IMG/VR virus record: IMGVR_UViG_3300032212_000089
Coordinates: 1-35,936 of that record
DNA length: 35,936 bases
Direction: 5' to 3' (one strand)
Source of the DNA: a virus
Lineage: Duplodnaviria > Caudoviricetes
Shown: positions 9,865-19,170 of the stretch, piece by piece
How positions within the stretch are numbered: position 1 is the stretch's first letter
How the letters are laid out: every line of letters starts with the position of its first letter
The notes under the pieces: model-generated
Databases searched by the model: none
The model's input: the letters and a program-made list of their open reading frames with translations, nothing else
Told to the model about the DNA's origin: nothing
Program-made: the position numbers and the translations under genes

Positions 9865-11480
9865 TGGTCGGTTCGCAAGGAATAGAAGCCGGAAAAGCGT
9901 TTATCCGTCTTGGCCTAGAGGATGAAACCAAGAAGGCTTTGGCTGGCGTTCGTGGTCGACTCCAAAAGTTCGCGCGGGGTGTCGGTAAGATTGCCGATTC
10001 CGTTATGAAAATGGGGGCTTCGATTGCGGCGCCGTTGGCATTGGCTACACGGTCGTTTATGAAGCAAGGTGACCAGATAGACAAGATTTCGAAGCGGACG
10101 AAGTTGTCTACGGATGCGGTCCAAAGTTTGGGGTTTGCATTTGAGCAAAGCGGCGCCGATGCGAACGCAATGGAAGCGGCGGTCCGGGGATTAAATCGGA
10201 ACCTAGTCGACTTGGACCGAGGATTATCTACGGCAAAGGATAATTTCGACGACTTAGGGCTTTCCGCGGATGATTTCGCCGGCCTGGATACCGAAGCCAG
10301 ATTCAAGCTAATTGTTAAACGATTGGGCGGGATATCTGACGAAGGCCGTAAGGCGGGTATTGCAATGAAGATTTTCGGACGCTCGGGAACTTCGATTCTT
10401 CCTTTGATTGGTCATATCGATTCATTGCAAAGCGAATTTGAAAGACTTGGGGTCAAGCTGGATGGCGACACGGTCAAAAATGCGGCGGATGTTACGGACG
10501 AATTTAACCGTTTACGTCTATCGTTTATGAAGATGGCGGCGGAAATTGGCAACGCCTTATCTGGCGATTTACAAGAGTTTTCGGCGTGGGTCCGGGATTC
10601 GATTATAAAGGGCGCTAAATGGGTGAAAGCAAATAAGGATTGGATTATCACGGTTGCCAAGGTGGCGGCGGGTTTATTGGCCGTTGGCGTCGCTTTGAAG
10701 GGTGTTTCTTTGGCGGCGGCCGGTATCTCGGCATTGTTTACGCCTTGGGGAGTCTTCGCGGTTAAAGTGGCGGCGGTTGTTGCTGCATTGAAAGCCGGAA
10801 TCGTTGTTGGGAATCAGCTTAATAAAGTCCTTGGCAACACGTATGAGAATTGGACCAAGGTTGGCGGCGCGTTTGGCCCGTCGGAAAAAGACACGATCGG
10901 CGACAAGGGGACCGGAAGCGATAAGGGAACGGCGGCGGCAGTAAAGCGAATCAATGAAAAGCTTCGCAAGGATATCCAAAAGCAGATCGACGCAGGGGTT
11001 AACGTTGAATCCAATACGAAAGCTTTGGCGAACCTGAACGGGGCGAAGTCTTTCAAAGATCAACAGAAGGCCAAAGAAGACGAAGAAGCCAAGGCAAACG
11101 CCAAAATGGAGCGGGGAAAGTTGGGAAAGGGTATCCCGGAAGCGGTCGGAAAGACTGTTAAGAAAGGACTTAACGATTTCCTAATCAATCCGCTTCGGGA
11201 ATTCAAAAACACTGTAATGATCGACGTTGCCGAATTGCGGAAGGCCGGAATTGAGAAGGCAAGAGAAAACCGAAAAGAACGGGAACGGAAGCGGTTAGTC
11301 GAAGGGGCTAAACAATTCGAACAAGAGTTGACGGCGCGGGCTTCCAGTCAAATGGCATTCGGGACAAGTGCTTTGGCTTTGCAGTCTGGCGGACCTGGGC
11401 GGGAAGTCTTTATCCAAGAAAGCATGTTGGAAGCTTTGCGTAGTATCGACGGAAAAATGGATGGGGGTGGAATTCAATGA
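9864..11480 (+). CDS. Tape measure protein
   Basis: 538 aa, Ala/Gly-rich and helical; AGKAFIRL start, AMKIFGRSG motif, central hydrophobic stretch. Confidence 0.85.
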   Translation: MVGSQGIEAGKAFIRLGLEDETKKALAGVRGRLQKFARGVGKIADSVMKMGASIAAPLALATRSFMKQGDQIDKISKRTKLSTDAVQSLGFAFEQSGADANAMEAAVRGLNRNLVDLDRGLSTAKDNFDDLGLSADDFAGLDTEARFKLIVKRLGGISDEGRKAGIAMKIFGRSGTSILPLIGHIDSLQSEFERLGVKLDGDTVKNAADVTDEFNRLRLSFMKMAAEIGNALSGDLQEFSAWVRDSIIKGAKWVKANKDWIITVAKVAAGLLAVGVALKGVSLAAAGISALFTPWGVFAVKVAAVVAALKAGIVVGNQLNKVLGNTYENWTKVGGAFGPSEKDTIGDKGTGSDKGTAAAVKRINEKLRKDIQKQIDAGVNVESNTKALANLNGAKSFKDQQKAKEDEEAKANAKMERGKLGKGIPEAVGKTVKKGLNDFLINPLREFKNTVMIDVAELRKAGIEKARENRKERERKRLVEGAKQFEQELTARASSQMAFGTSALALQSGGPGREVFIQESMLEALRSIDGKMDGGGIQ

Positions 11481-12346
11481 GTTTTATAGAACAAGGTTCG
11501 TCGGGTCGCGCGGTTAGATCCGGTAAGAATTCGACGTTTGAGTTAAAGTTCTTTTTGAAGGACTATTCAACAACTTCGCTTGCATTGTTGGCGATGACGT
11601 CCGCCGGAACTGGCACAATTCCCGCAAGCGTTATTGTCGATGGATTCACGCTTTCAAACCGGGAATATTCGGTAGAACCCCAAGGCGCTGGCGATAAGTA
11701 CCATAAAGGGACCGTCCGTTATTCTCACAAGGAAAGCACGAAAAACACTTCGCAAAATACGGTACTCCAAGACACCGGCGACATTGAAAGCACTATCGAT
11801 TTCACGCTTGGAAAGAAGTTTATAAAGCGGGCTTCCACAACAACAATAAAAGGGACAACGGCGCCGGATCCTAACAAGTTTATTGGCTGGAATCATATAA
11901 CCGGACAAACCAAAGGGGCCAACGTGGACGGGCCTCAAGGGATGCTTAATTATACCTTGATGGTTACCGCGGCCACGGCAACCGACGCTTATATCCAAAC
12001 CCGACTAGATATGCTTGGCGGCGTGAATGATGCCACTTTCAAAGGCAAAGACGCCGGGACTTGCCGCCTTGCTCGAATGCAGCTTAGGCAGCGATCGAAA
12101 GACGGTGACGTCCATATAACCTACGGAATCCAGTATCAGCCAAAGGATGTTTTAGACCTGGCGACGCTTGATATTGGAGAAACGGGAAACATGGATATTT
12201 ACCCGTTCAGGCTTTACGAACTTATCGAAGAAGAGGAACCAACAACTTCGGGCGGACGAACGTTTATGACTCCGAAAGCTCTAGGTTTTTACGAACATCA
12301 ATTGGCCGAGGTCCCGGAAGTCGATTTTACTAACTTGGGGGTTTGA
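11477..12346 (+). CDS. Putative distal tail/tail tip protein
   Basis: Directly follows the tape measure (ATGA overlap). Confidence 0.55.
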   Translation: MSFIEQGSSGRAVRSGKNSTFELKFFLKDYSTTSLALLAMTSAGTGTIPASVIVDGFTLSNREYSVEPQGAGDKYHKGTVRYSHKESTKNTSQNTVLQDTGDIESTIDFTLGKKFIKRASTTTIKGTTAPDPNKFIGWNHITGQTKGANVDGPQGMLNYTLMVTAATATDAYIQTRLDMLGGVNDATFKGKDAGTCRLARMQLRQRSKDGDVHITYGIQYQPKDVLDLATLDIGETGNMDIYPFRLYELIEEEEPTTSGGRTFMTPKALGFYEHQLAEVPEVDFTNLGV

Positions 12347-13557
12347 TGTTTAACAACACGAAGAAAGTAATAAACGGCGACCCGTCAAAGATCGATCGGG
12401 ATTTCTACAACGCTTCGTTTGATGCCGGCGTTTTGGCGAAGCTCGGGAACGATGGGATTCTGCAGGACGGTTCGGTCGACTATGACACGAATACCAATAT
12501 TATTTCTTTCCAGAACAAAACAGGCGTAGACCTGGGGAAGTTCGATATTGTTGGGATTGGTTCGGCGGTTATTCCCGTTGCTCAAACTGGCTTCCAGACT
12601 CGCCAAGTGTTCCAAGCGGTCGCACCAACGGAAGGCGCGGAATTCGCGATTATGCAAAAGGCCGGCGGTACTGATTCGGTTCGTCCGGCGGCTTTGGGTG
12701 GTCTTAGCGTCGTAAAGATCAATGTTGGAAGCTCGAACCATGAATGGGCATATTGCACGACTTCACTAACTGAATTGACGTCCGGTAATTCCGGCAACGT
12801 TCGAATATTGAACAATCTAAGCGGGACCGGTTCCCAATGGTGCCTAGTTCGATTCCAGAAACATACGGCGCCACGGAAGATAGGCGTTTTTACTTTTGAT
12901 TTCGACCCGTTGGATTTATCTACGACGGGAACCGCTAATCATACGATCGTAGGAAGCGTTTCAAATGACGGAAGCGCGGGCGTTGGCATGTCTTCGCCTA
13001 CGTCTGGAATCCATCTTAGTAAAGGCGGAACGTATAAATTCCATTTTCCCTATCAGTACATAGCTTTGGATTGTTCGGTTTCGGCTGGCGGCGGTTCAGC
13101 GGTAATCGATGATACTGGCGGGACGTCTCAATATTTTAGGTTCTACGTCCCTGGAAAGCTCAAAGCGGAAGTTTACGTCTACGACGACGCGGGGGCGATT
13201 ACGGACGGAGTTATCGTAGATCGTCACGTAATGGAAACAAATCGAATGTGCGGATTCCATACGACAAGCGGAAGCGGTCCAGTTATTGAGTTTCGGCGTG
13301 AATTTGCCCGGTCACTAACAAACGTCTTTTCTATTGATCAAAGCACGATCGACGGGTTAACCGGAAATTGCCAAATAGCAATCTATCTAACGTTCGAAAG
13401 GGCGGAAGGAACGGGAACCGTAACCGGAGAATTTAGAAGCAATCCGGACGATATCGCGACAAACGACGACGGCGCCTATTCGAATCAAATTTGGTGGTAC
13501 GACGACCCGGAACTAGCAACGAAAATAACACCGGGAGCGGCCACCCCGCCACCGTAA
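12343..13557 (+). CDS. Putative tail tip/baseplate protein
   Basis: Synteny; Gly/Thr/Ser-rich, beta-type composition. Confidence 0.5.
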   Translation: MMFNNTKKVINGDPSKIDRDFYNASFDAGVLAKLGNDGILQDGSVDYDTNTNIISFQNKTGVDLGKFDIVGIGSAVIPVAQTGFQTRQVFQAVAPTEGAEFAIMQKAGGTDSVRPAALGGLSVVKINVGSSNHEWAYCTTSLTELTSGNSGNVRILNNLSGTGSQWCLVRFQKHTAPRKIGVFTFDFDPLDLSTTGTANHTIVGSVSNDGSAGVGMSSPTSGIHLSKGGTYKFHFPYQYIALDCSVSAGGGSAVIDDTGGTSQYFRFYVPGKLKAEVYVYDDAGAITDGVIVDRHVMETNRMCGFHTTSGSGPVIEFRREFARSLTNVFSIDQSTIDGLTGNCQIAIYLTFERAEGTGTVTGEFRSNPDDIATNDDGAYSNQIWWYDDPELATKITPGAATPPP

Positions 13558-13576
13558 GACCCAACTTAGAAAAAGA

Positions 13577-13597
13577 TACCACACACCACACGGAAGG
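13577..13597 (+). promoter_or_regulatory. Leader motif TACCACACACCA-C-ACGGAAGG overlapping the RBS
   Basis: Ends 7 nt before ATG 13605; complementary to 22964-22983 with a 1-nt bulge. Confidence 0.75.
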
Positions 13598-13604
13598 CTT
13601 TAAA

Positions 13605-15650
13605 ATGTCCTTATTCAAGCGAAACCGACTTTTCCGAAATGCAAAGGCGGACGATACCTTTTTGGATTCCGTCTTATGGATGGCTCCGGTCGACGGTGAA
13701 TTGACCGCTTTGGCCGTTGGCGATGATACCGACGCTTCGGTTGGCGGTTCGCCTGCTTATCAAGACGGCGCGGTAACGGCGGAAGGGACAATCGGAATGA
13801 TCCGTAACGGTTCGTCTCATGTTTACTTTCCGAATGCTGGCGGACCATTCGAAGATATTTCTAAGTCGTTTTGGATTGCCGGTTCTTTCAGGCTCACGGC
13901 GGCCGGTTCTTATGAGTGTCTTTGCGGAAACGGCGCGGCGTCTGCGGCGCAACCTGGATTCCGTGTTCGCGTTGCTGGCGGGTCGACGGCGCGTATTGCG
14001 ATTGATATAGCAGACGGAACAACGAAGGTAACCAAAAGCTTCGACCACCGAAGGGCGTTTCCGGTCGGCACAACCGAATCCGATATTGTCAGTTTTGTTA
14101 TCGAATTCAAAATGGTGGCGGGCGTTCCAACGGTTCGCGTAACGATCGAAGACTATGGGATCTACGGTTCTACGGCTTCGGAAGCGACATTTACCGGTCT
14201 GGATATGTCGGTAGCCGGGGAACCGCATTTAAAAGGCTTGGTCGTTGGGAGTTATAACGAATCTTCGACCAATGCTTTCGGTGGCGATATTGTTCTGCAA
14301 GCTGGCGAACTTAAAAGCGAAGATTTCCTAACGGATAAAAACCGCCACGTCTTAGGGAATTATAACCGTTCTCGATTGTACGCAGACGCGAAAGCGGGCG
14401 GTCGCGATAAGGTTAAATATTGCCATTGGTTCCACAAGGATGGCGGCGCCGGGTTCGAATTCAAAGTCCGTAGCGACGAATCGATAAACGTCAAAGTCTA
14501 CGACGTCGCAACGAAAACCCTTCAAGGTTCAAGCGGGTTACAATCTTCCACAAATGGATTTGTCTCGGCAACGGTTAGCAGTTTGACGGCAGACCAAGAA
14601 GTCGAAATCCGATTCGAAGACGCTTCGGGAACGGTTCAGCACGTCGAACTAAGGGGTAGGGTTCTTCCAGCGGCGGATAGCGACCTACACGTAGCGACAA
14701 TCGGTTGTGCCAACTATGAAGACGATACGAACTTGGGGACGCATTCTTCGACTTTTTCGCTTATTCGGAACACGTCCACGAAGCCCGATCTTTTGATAAT
14801 CACGGAAGATTTTGGTTATGTGGATCCAACGACGATCGTTTTGGCGGATTACGTCGCGCGTTGGGATACGATAATGGCGGACCCCAAAGCAAGATATCTA
14901 ACGGACCACGTTCCGCATATTTGGGGCTTTGGAGACCATAACTTCGAAGACGATGGCGATTCAACTTCTGTTTATGTCTCAGTTGTCCAGCAATTCGCAC
15001 GCCTGGCCCTTCCTACGGCTTTGGCGGCGTTCAGGGACGCAACGAACGGCGTCGACTACAAAGTCCAGTTAAACGGCGATTATCGAATCCTTTGCATGGA
15101 TACGGTAACAGGGAAGACTGATTCCGTAATGATGTCGGCAGCGGCGGAAACGTGGTGGAAAGCCCAACTAGCGGCGGCCAATACGGCGGAAGAGATCGTA
15201 CTGAATAATTGGTGCAAAATCATCGACTTTACCGGGTCGGTCAACTCTCAAAAATGGAAGTGGTACGATACCACGTTCTCGAGCGGCGCCCGCGACCAAC
15301 TTAATGATCTGTTTGACGAAATCGAAACCGTCTTCGGCGCTGTTGAAAACCACTTCGTTTCTCTATCTGGCGACGTCCACCTAAGCGGAATCGACGACGG
15401 AACAAATCACGGCGGATACGATACCGGCGCGGACTTGAACAGTATCCCGACGATTCATTCTTCAAGGTGGGTTCATAGTGTCGGCGAAAATGTCGCCAAT
15501 ACGGCATTCACGAACGCCGAAAGGAATCAACAAGGAAACTTTGGTTACCTTGAATTAATCGATTCGGATACGACGGTTGCCCTGGCGGCCAAACAATTCG
15601 AGAATACGACCCAACAGGGAACAACGCTTAACGTAACGCTAACAAAATGA
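13605..15650 (+). CDS. LamG/concanavalin-like domain + PhoD-like metallophosphoesterase domain protein
   Basis: C-terminal half has ATIGCANY, ITEDFGYVD, GDHNF, CMDT and LSGDVH, the PhoD motif order, partly divergent. ATG 13605 has a GGAAGG RBS. Confidence 0.65.
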   Translation: MSLFKRNRLFRNAKADDTFLDSVLWMAPVDGELTALAVGDDTDASVGGSPAYQDGAVTAEGTIGMIRNGSSHVYFPNAGGPFEDISKSFWIAGSFRLTAAGSYECLCGNGAASAAQPGFRVRVAGGSTARIAIDIADGTTKVTKSFDHRRAFPVGTTESDIVSFVIEFKMVAGVPTVRVTIEDYGIYGSTASEATFTGLDMSVAGEPHLKGLVVGSYNESSTNAFGGDIVLQAGELKSEDFLTDKNRHVLGNYNRSRLYADAKAGGRDKVKYCHWFHKDGGAGFEFKVRSDESINVKVYDVATKTLQGSSGLQSSTNGFVSATVSSLTADQEVEIRFEDASGTVQHVELRGRVLPAADSDLHVATIGCANYEDDTNLGTHSSTFSLIRNTSTKPDLLIITEDFGYVDPTTIVLADYVARWDTIMADPKARYLTDHVPHIWGFGDHNFEDDGDSTSVYVSVVQQFARLALPTALAAFRDATNGVDYKVQLNGDYRILCMDTVTGKTDSVMMSAAAETWWKAQLAAANTAEEIVLNNWCKIIDFTGSVNSQKWKWYDTTFSSGARDQLNDLFDEIETVFGAVENHFVSLSGDVHLSGIDDGTNHGGYDTGADLNSIPTIHSSRWVHSVGENVANTAFTNAERNQQGNFGYLELIDSDTTVALAAKQFENTTQQGTTLNVTLTK

Positions 15651-16021
15651 TCGATAATATCGTAATTGCATCTTGGAACATCGGCGTTATATCGCTTTTG
15701 TTCGCTTCAACTCACGTTGATTTGTCGGTAAGGGATACCGTTTTATTGGCGGTTGTCATTAGCGTTATCGGTGGCGTTGCGGCAGCGTGTCGAGAAATTG
15801 CCCATTCGGAAAACAAGTGGTTACACGTCGTTAAATACGCATTGAATACGGGAGTCATGGGGGCGTCGATCGCTTTCATTTTTGCCGAACAGGAATTAGT
15901 TTCTCGGGTGGTTATCCTGGGCGTCGTCGGTGTCTTGTCCCTTGGCGGACTTGGGGCGGTCGATGCGGTTATTAAGTCGGTCAAACGAAAAGCGAAGTTG
16001 GAAGATGAGCAAGACGAATAA
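15647..16021 (+). CDS. Putative holin (multi-pass membrane protein)
   Basis: 3-4 hydrophobic segments, charged C-terminus, located after the tail genes. Confidence 0.5.
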   Translation: MIDNIVIASWNIGVISLLFASTHVDLSVRDTVLLAVVISVIGGVAAACREIAHSENKWLHVVKYALNTGVMGASIAFIFAEQELVSRVVILGVVGVLSLGGLGAVDAVIKSVKRKAKLEDEQDE

Positions 16022-16472
16022 AACATTCCCCGCGGTCGTTAATATTGTGGCGGCTTTGGCCATCCTGTCTTTGATTATCTATGTTGCAATGATCGGGCAG
16101 AAAAACGCTGCTATGATTGTCGGCGGGAACGATGAACTTTACGAAATGCTTTCGGATTTCTCGTCGTATCCGGTGATTATCACGGACGATATGGGAAAAG
16201 TTACCCATGCAAACGAAGAAGCGGAAAAGGTTTTCGGCCAATTGGTCGGCAGAAATACCGTTGATTTGATGCCACAAAAAGAGGCGAACTACCATAGGGA
16301 CCACGTCTTCGGGAAAGATATGGAATCAGGTTTCCACCAAATAAAAGAAAAGGAAGCGGAGATTATGGTCCGGGGAACTCTTCGAGGGTGCAACGTAAAA
16401 GGATGGCGGACGCCGGCGGGTGGTAACGTAATCCGGATCAGGATATTTGACACGAAGAAAGAAGCGGGTTAG
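16005..16472 (+). CDS. Membrane-anchored PAS-domain protein
   Basis: N-terminal TM, then PVIITDDMGKVTHANEEAEKVFG..LVGRNTVDLMP (PAS signature). Confidence 0.7.
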   Translation: MSKTNKTFPAVVNIVAALAILSLIIYVAMIGQKNAAMIVGGNDELYEMLSDFSSYPVIITDDMGKVTHANEEAEKVFGQLVGRNTVDLMPQKEANYHRDHVFGKDMESGFHQIKEKEAEIMVRGTLRGCNVKGWRTPAGGNVIRIRIFDTKKEAG

Positions 16473-16532
16473 TATTCGCTGGGCGCTATGCGTCGGCCTT
16501 CGGGCTAAAAAATGAAAGTCAGGCTAACGCCG

Positions 16533-16559
16533 ACCCGGTCTCGTAGATCGGGTTTTTTT
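16533..16559 (+). terminator. Intrinsic terminator
   Basis: ACCCGGTCT-CGT-AGATCGGGT followed by a T run. Confidence 0.7.
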
Positions 16560-16802
16560 ATGCGCTGTCGGCTTTCCGCCTTTAGGCGTTAACTTCTTCT
16601 TCTTGGCGTATACTAGAAAAGCCGAATCGGCTTTACGCTGAATCGGCTTTAAAGTCCCGTTGTGCAAGGGAGAGACGAATTCTAAACGAATGACCCGCAA
16701 AGATTCCGTTTAAAGTCGCCTGAATCCCGTTTTCAAGGGAAGACGTTATATCGTTCCCCCAAATTGATAATCGGGAATTACCCTAAAAGAAGGGCGTTTA
16801 AA

Positions 16803-16940
16803 ATGGAAATAGAAGCGGAAATCAAAAGACTTCGGAAGAAGTGCGCAAAGCTTGAAAAGGAATCGAGACAAAATAAAATGACCTTTTGGATAATCAGCGC
16901 TTTGCTGGTTGTTTCTAGAGTTCTCGAAATGGTGCTTTGA
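16803..16940 (+). CDS. Small coiled-coil/TM protein (45 aa, not in the ORF track)
   Basis: MEIEAEIKRLRKKCAKLEKESRQNKMTFWIISALLVVSRVLEMVL; GAAGGG RBS; TGATG coupling to the next ORF. Confidence 0.6.
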   Translation: MEIEAEIKRLRKKCAKLEKESRQNKMTFWIISALLVVSRVLEMVL

Positions 16941-17149
16941 TGGATACCGTAACGAAGTTTTGCCAAGCAATAGTTTTCTTTGGGTTTGGAATGCTGCTAG
17001 TCTTCCACTTTCATTGCTTTAAAGTTGACACCGGAACCCAAAAGCCAAAGAATGGTTATTGGATAGAGGCGGACGAATCGACAAGGGATTCGACGCAGAT
17101 TTACGCGACGACTTTAGAAAGAGAAAAAAGGAAATTCGATGGCGTGTGA
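16940..17149 (+). CDS. Small membrane protein
   Basis: N-terminal hydrophobic helix; translationally coupled. Confidence 0.5.
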   Translation: MDTVTKFCQAIVFFGFGMLLVFHFHCFKVDTGTQKPKNGYWIEADESTRDSTQIYATTLEREKRKFDGV

Positions 17150-17366
17150 AGCGGAAAAAGCAGTAATCGACACGAAGAAGGCGGAATACGTGGCGGCGGT
17201 TGAAGCGGCGGCGGCGGCGTGTGAAGCGGACCCTTTTAGTCCCTCGGCCTATCTGGCGGCAGCTAACGCGATGCACCAAAAGGCGGGGGAAGTGTCGGCG
17301 GCGGTCGCGGCTTACGAAGCTTGTTTGAACAATTCCGGCGGCGGTAGTGGATCCCCCGGAAGTTGA
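17139..17366 (+). CDS. Ala-rich hypothetical protein
   Basis: AAGGA RBS; overlaps the previous stop. Confidence 0.55.
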   Translation: MACEAEKAVIDTKKAEYVAAVEAAAAACEADPFSPSAYLAAANAMHQKAGEVSAAVAAYEACLNNSGGGSGSPGS

Positions 17367-17400
17367 AATCCCTTATTCGGCGGCTGGAATCAGGCCGCCT

Positions 17401-17658
17401 TTATCGTTTCTTGGCTTCGTTAACGATCTTTCGGCGGAAATCAGGGTCCGAAACGAAAAGCTTTATTAGCTCTAGGATGGCGGCGTTTGCGGAAATCCCG
17501 AAATCACTGGAAAAGCGTTTTAAGTCTTCCCGAAGTTCCTTTGGTAGTCTCGCTATAAGTTGGACTTTATCCAATTTGAAGTCCCCGCGTTTAAATCGGT
17601 GGAAAATGTAATTAAGGGCTAGCGTAACACTAGAATAGACGCATTGGAATGATATCAT
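17401..17658 (-). CDS. Arc-like ribbon-helix-helix DNA-binding protein
   Basis: VQLIARLPKELREDLKRFSSDFGISANAAILELI; true start is probably internal. Confidence 0.65.
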   Translation of the reverse strand: MISFQCVYSSVTLALNYIFHRFKRGDFKLDKVQLIARLPKELREDLKRFSSDFGISANAAILELIKLFVSDPDFRRKIVNEAKKR

Positions 17659-17754
17659 TAGAACGTTGATTTTATTCGTTCGCGCAAAGCCCGACGGTAG
17701 GAACGCCGAAAAGAATTAAGACGATTCCGGGCAAGCGTGCTAAGAGGGTTGAAA

Positions 17755-18414
17755 ATGCTTGATTCCAACGTATTGCACCGGGCGGCGATAGATTGCCGAG
17801 ACGTTTACACGGACGACCGGCCCTTCTTCTTCTACGTCAACGACGAATGGTATTTCGACGAATTCGAAGACGTTACCGAAATCACAATCCGGGGAAGCGA
17901 TCGGCCAACGAGTTCCGACGGGTTTTTGGATTGGTTAAAGAACCTGGACACGAAAGTAGTTGACTTCTTCAATTATCGGGTAGCTCGAGGATTCAGGCCG
18001 AATACGTTAATCGATGGGATGGAAGAACGTGGAAACGAGTTAAGGCGGGACAAGCCAGTCCGAATCAAAGGCCATTCGAGGGGCGGCGCTTTGGGGCAAA
18101 CCCTAGCGATCCACTTGGACCAACGTGGCTTTAAAATCGATTCGGTCATAACGTTTGGTTCTCCAAGGATTTCGCGGGAAACGATAAAGACCGAATGGCC
18201 CGTTTGGCAATTCAAAGCCTTCGGGGATCCGGTTTGGCGTGTTCCGTTCCTTCCGCCATTCACCTGGCGGCATTCGGGGGAGACGTTCAAGGTTGGAAAC
18301 TGGCGGACCTTTGAAAACCTACGGTCAAAGTTTGGGTTTTGGACTTACTCTAGGACGGCGATTAGTTCGCATTTAATGCCGAATTACATCAATTTATTAA
18401 AGGTTCCGGAATGA
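17755..18414 (+). CDS. Lipase class 3 (alpha/beta hydrolase)
   Basis: IRGS, GHSRGG nucleophile elbow, ITFGSPR, DPVWRVP, C-terminal His (SHLMPNY). Confidence 0.85.
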   Translation: MLDSNVLHRAAIDCRDVYTDDRPFFFYVNDEWYFDEFEDVTEITIRGSDRPTSSDGFLDWLKNLDTKVVDFFNYRVARGFRPNTLIDGMEERGNELRRDKPVRIKGHSRGGALGQTLAIHLDQRGFKIDSVITFGSPRISRETIKTEWPVWQFKAFGDPVWRVPFLPPFTWRHSGETFKVGNWRTFENLRSKFGFWTYSRTAISSHLMPNYINLLKVPE

Positions 18415-18641
18415 TTCTAGGATTCTTCCCCGGTCCGCTTAACTGGCTGTTTGATGGTTATCTGATTCTTTGCGTTTGGCCGTTGGCGGTCTGCGCTCTT
18501 GTCCTGGCGGGGGTTGTCCTAGTCGGGATTGTTCAAATAGCAAAACGACTTTGCGTTTATCTGAAAGGGACTTTTTCGAACCTGTATTGGAGTATTAAGA
18601 AATGTTGTTTGCGAAACTGGAAGACGTCGAAACGTCTTTGA
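18411..18641 (+). CDS. Small membrane protein
   Basis: Hydrophobic segment; ATGA overlap. Confidence 0.45.
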   Translation: MILGFFPGPLNWLFDGYLILCVWPLAVCALVLAGVVLVGIVQIAKRLCVYLKGTFSNLYWSIKKCCLRNWKTSKRL

Positions 18642-18961
18642 TGGCTCAAATAAACTTGGCTTGCGAAGGTTGCGATTGCGACCGCGAAGCCGAAGAACTT
18701 TTGGAAGATTTGCGGGAAGTTGCGATCCACGAACGGGATTTTTCGCTTGTCCGGAAATTGAGACGGTTGCGATTTCAACCGCTTCGCCGTTCAAAGTTGG
18801 TTGATCAAATAAACGAACGGGCGAAGTTGGACCTTGCCAATTCTGGAAGGGTGGGGGAATTCGGGGACGGTCAATTCGCTAAGTGGCTTATCGAATGGTT
18901 TTCGGACGAAGGTTGGAAAATCATTATTTCATTCATCAAGGCCATTGTTGCGATCTTCTAA
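18602..18961 (+). CDS. Hypothetical protein with amphipathic C-terminus
   Basis: GGAG RBS; collinear. Confidence 0.55.
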   Translation: MLFAKLEDVETSLMAQINLACEGCDCDREAEELLEDLREVAIHERDFSLVRKLRRLRFQPLRRSKLVDQINERAKLDLANSGRVGEFGDGQFAKWLIEWFSDEGWKIIISFIKAIVAIF

Positions 18962-18981
18962 GTTGAATTGGGGCTAAAGAC

Positions 18982-19170
18982 GTGAAAGTAGAAAAACCTA
19001 GCTGGTTGTTGTTTGTTGTTTCTTTGCTTGCTGTCTTGGCCCCTATGTTTTTGATGGCGGGAACCGTTGATAGTGACGAATTCGCCAAGTCTGGATTGGG
19101 ACTCGCAACGGTTGCGGGCGTCGTAACGGTCGTCAAGACCTGGGATTGGATGACGGGGAAAGTAAAATGA
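18982..19170 (+). CDS. Two-TM protein (holin-like)
   Basis: Two hydrophobic helices in 62 aa. Confidence 0.5.
   Translation: MKVEKPSWLLFVVSLLAVLAPMFLMAGTVDSDEFAKSGLGLATVAGVVTVVKTWDWMTGKVK

Noticed and set aside
18125-18135. Partial palindrome copies (GTGGCTTTAAA at 18125; also near 8751 and 16645)
   Set aside because: Only one arm matches; not counted among the nine.
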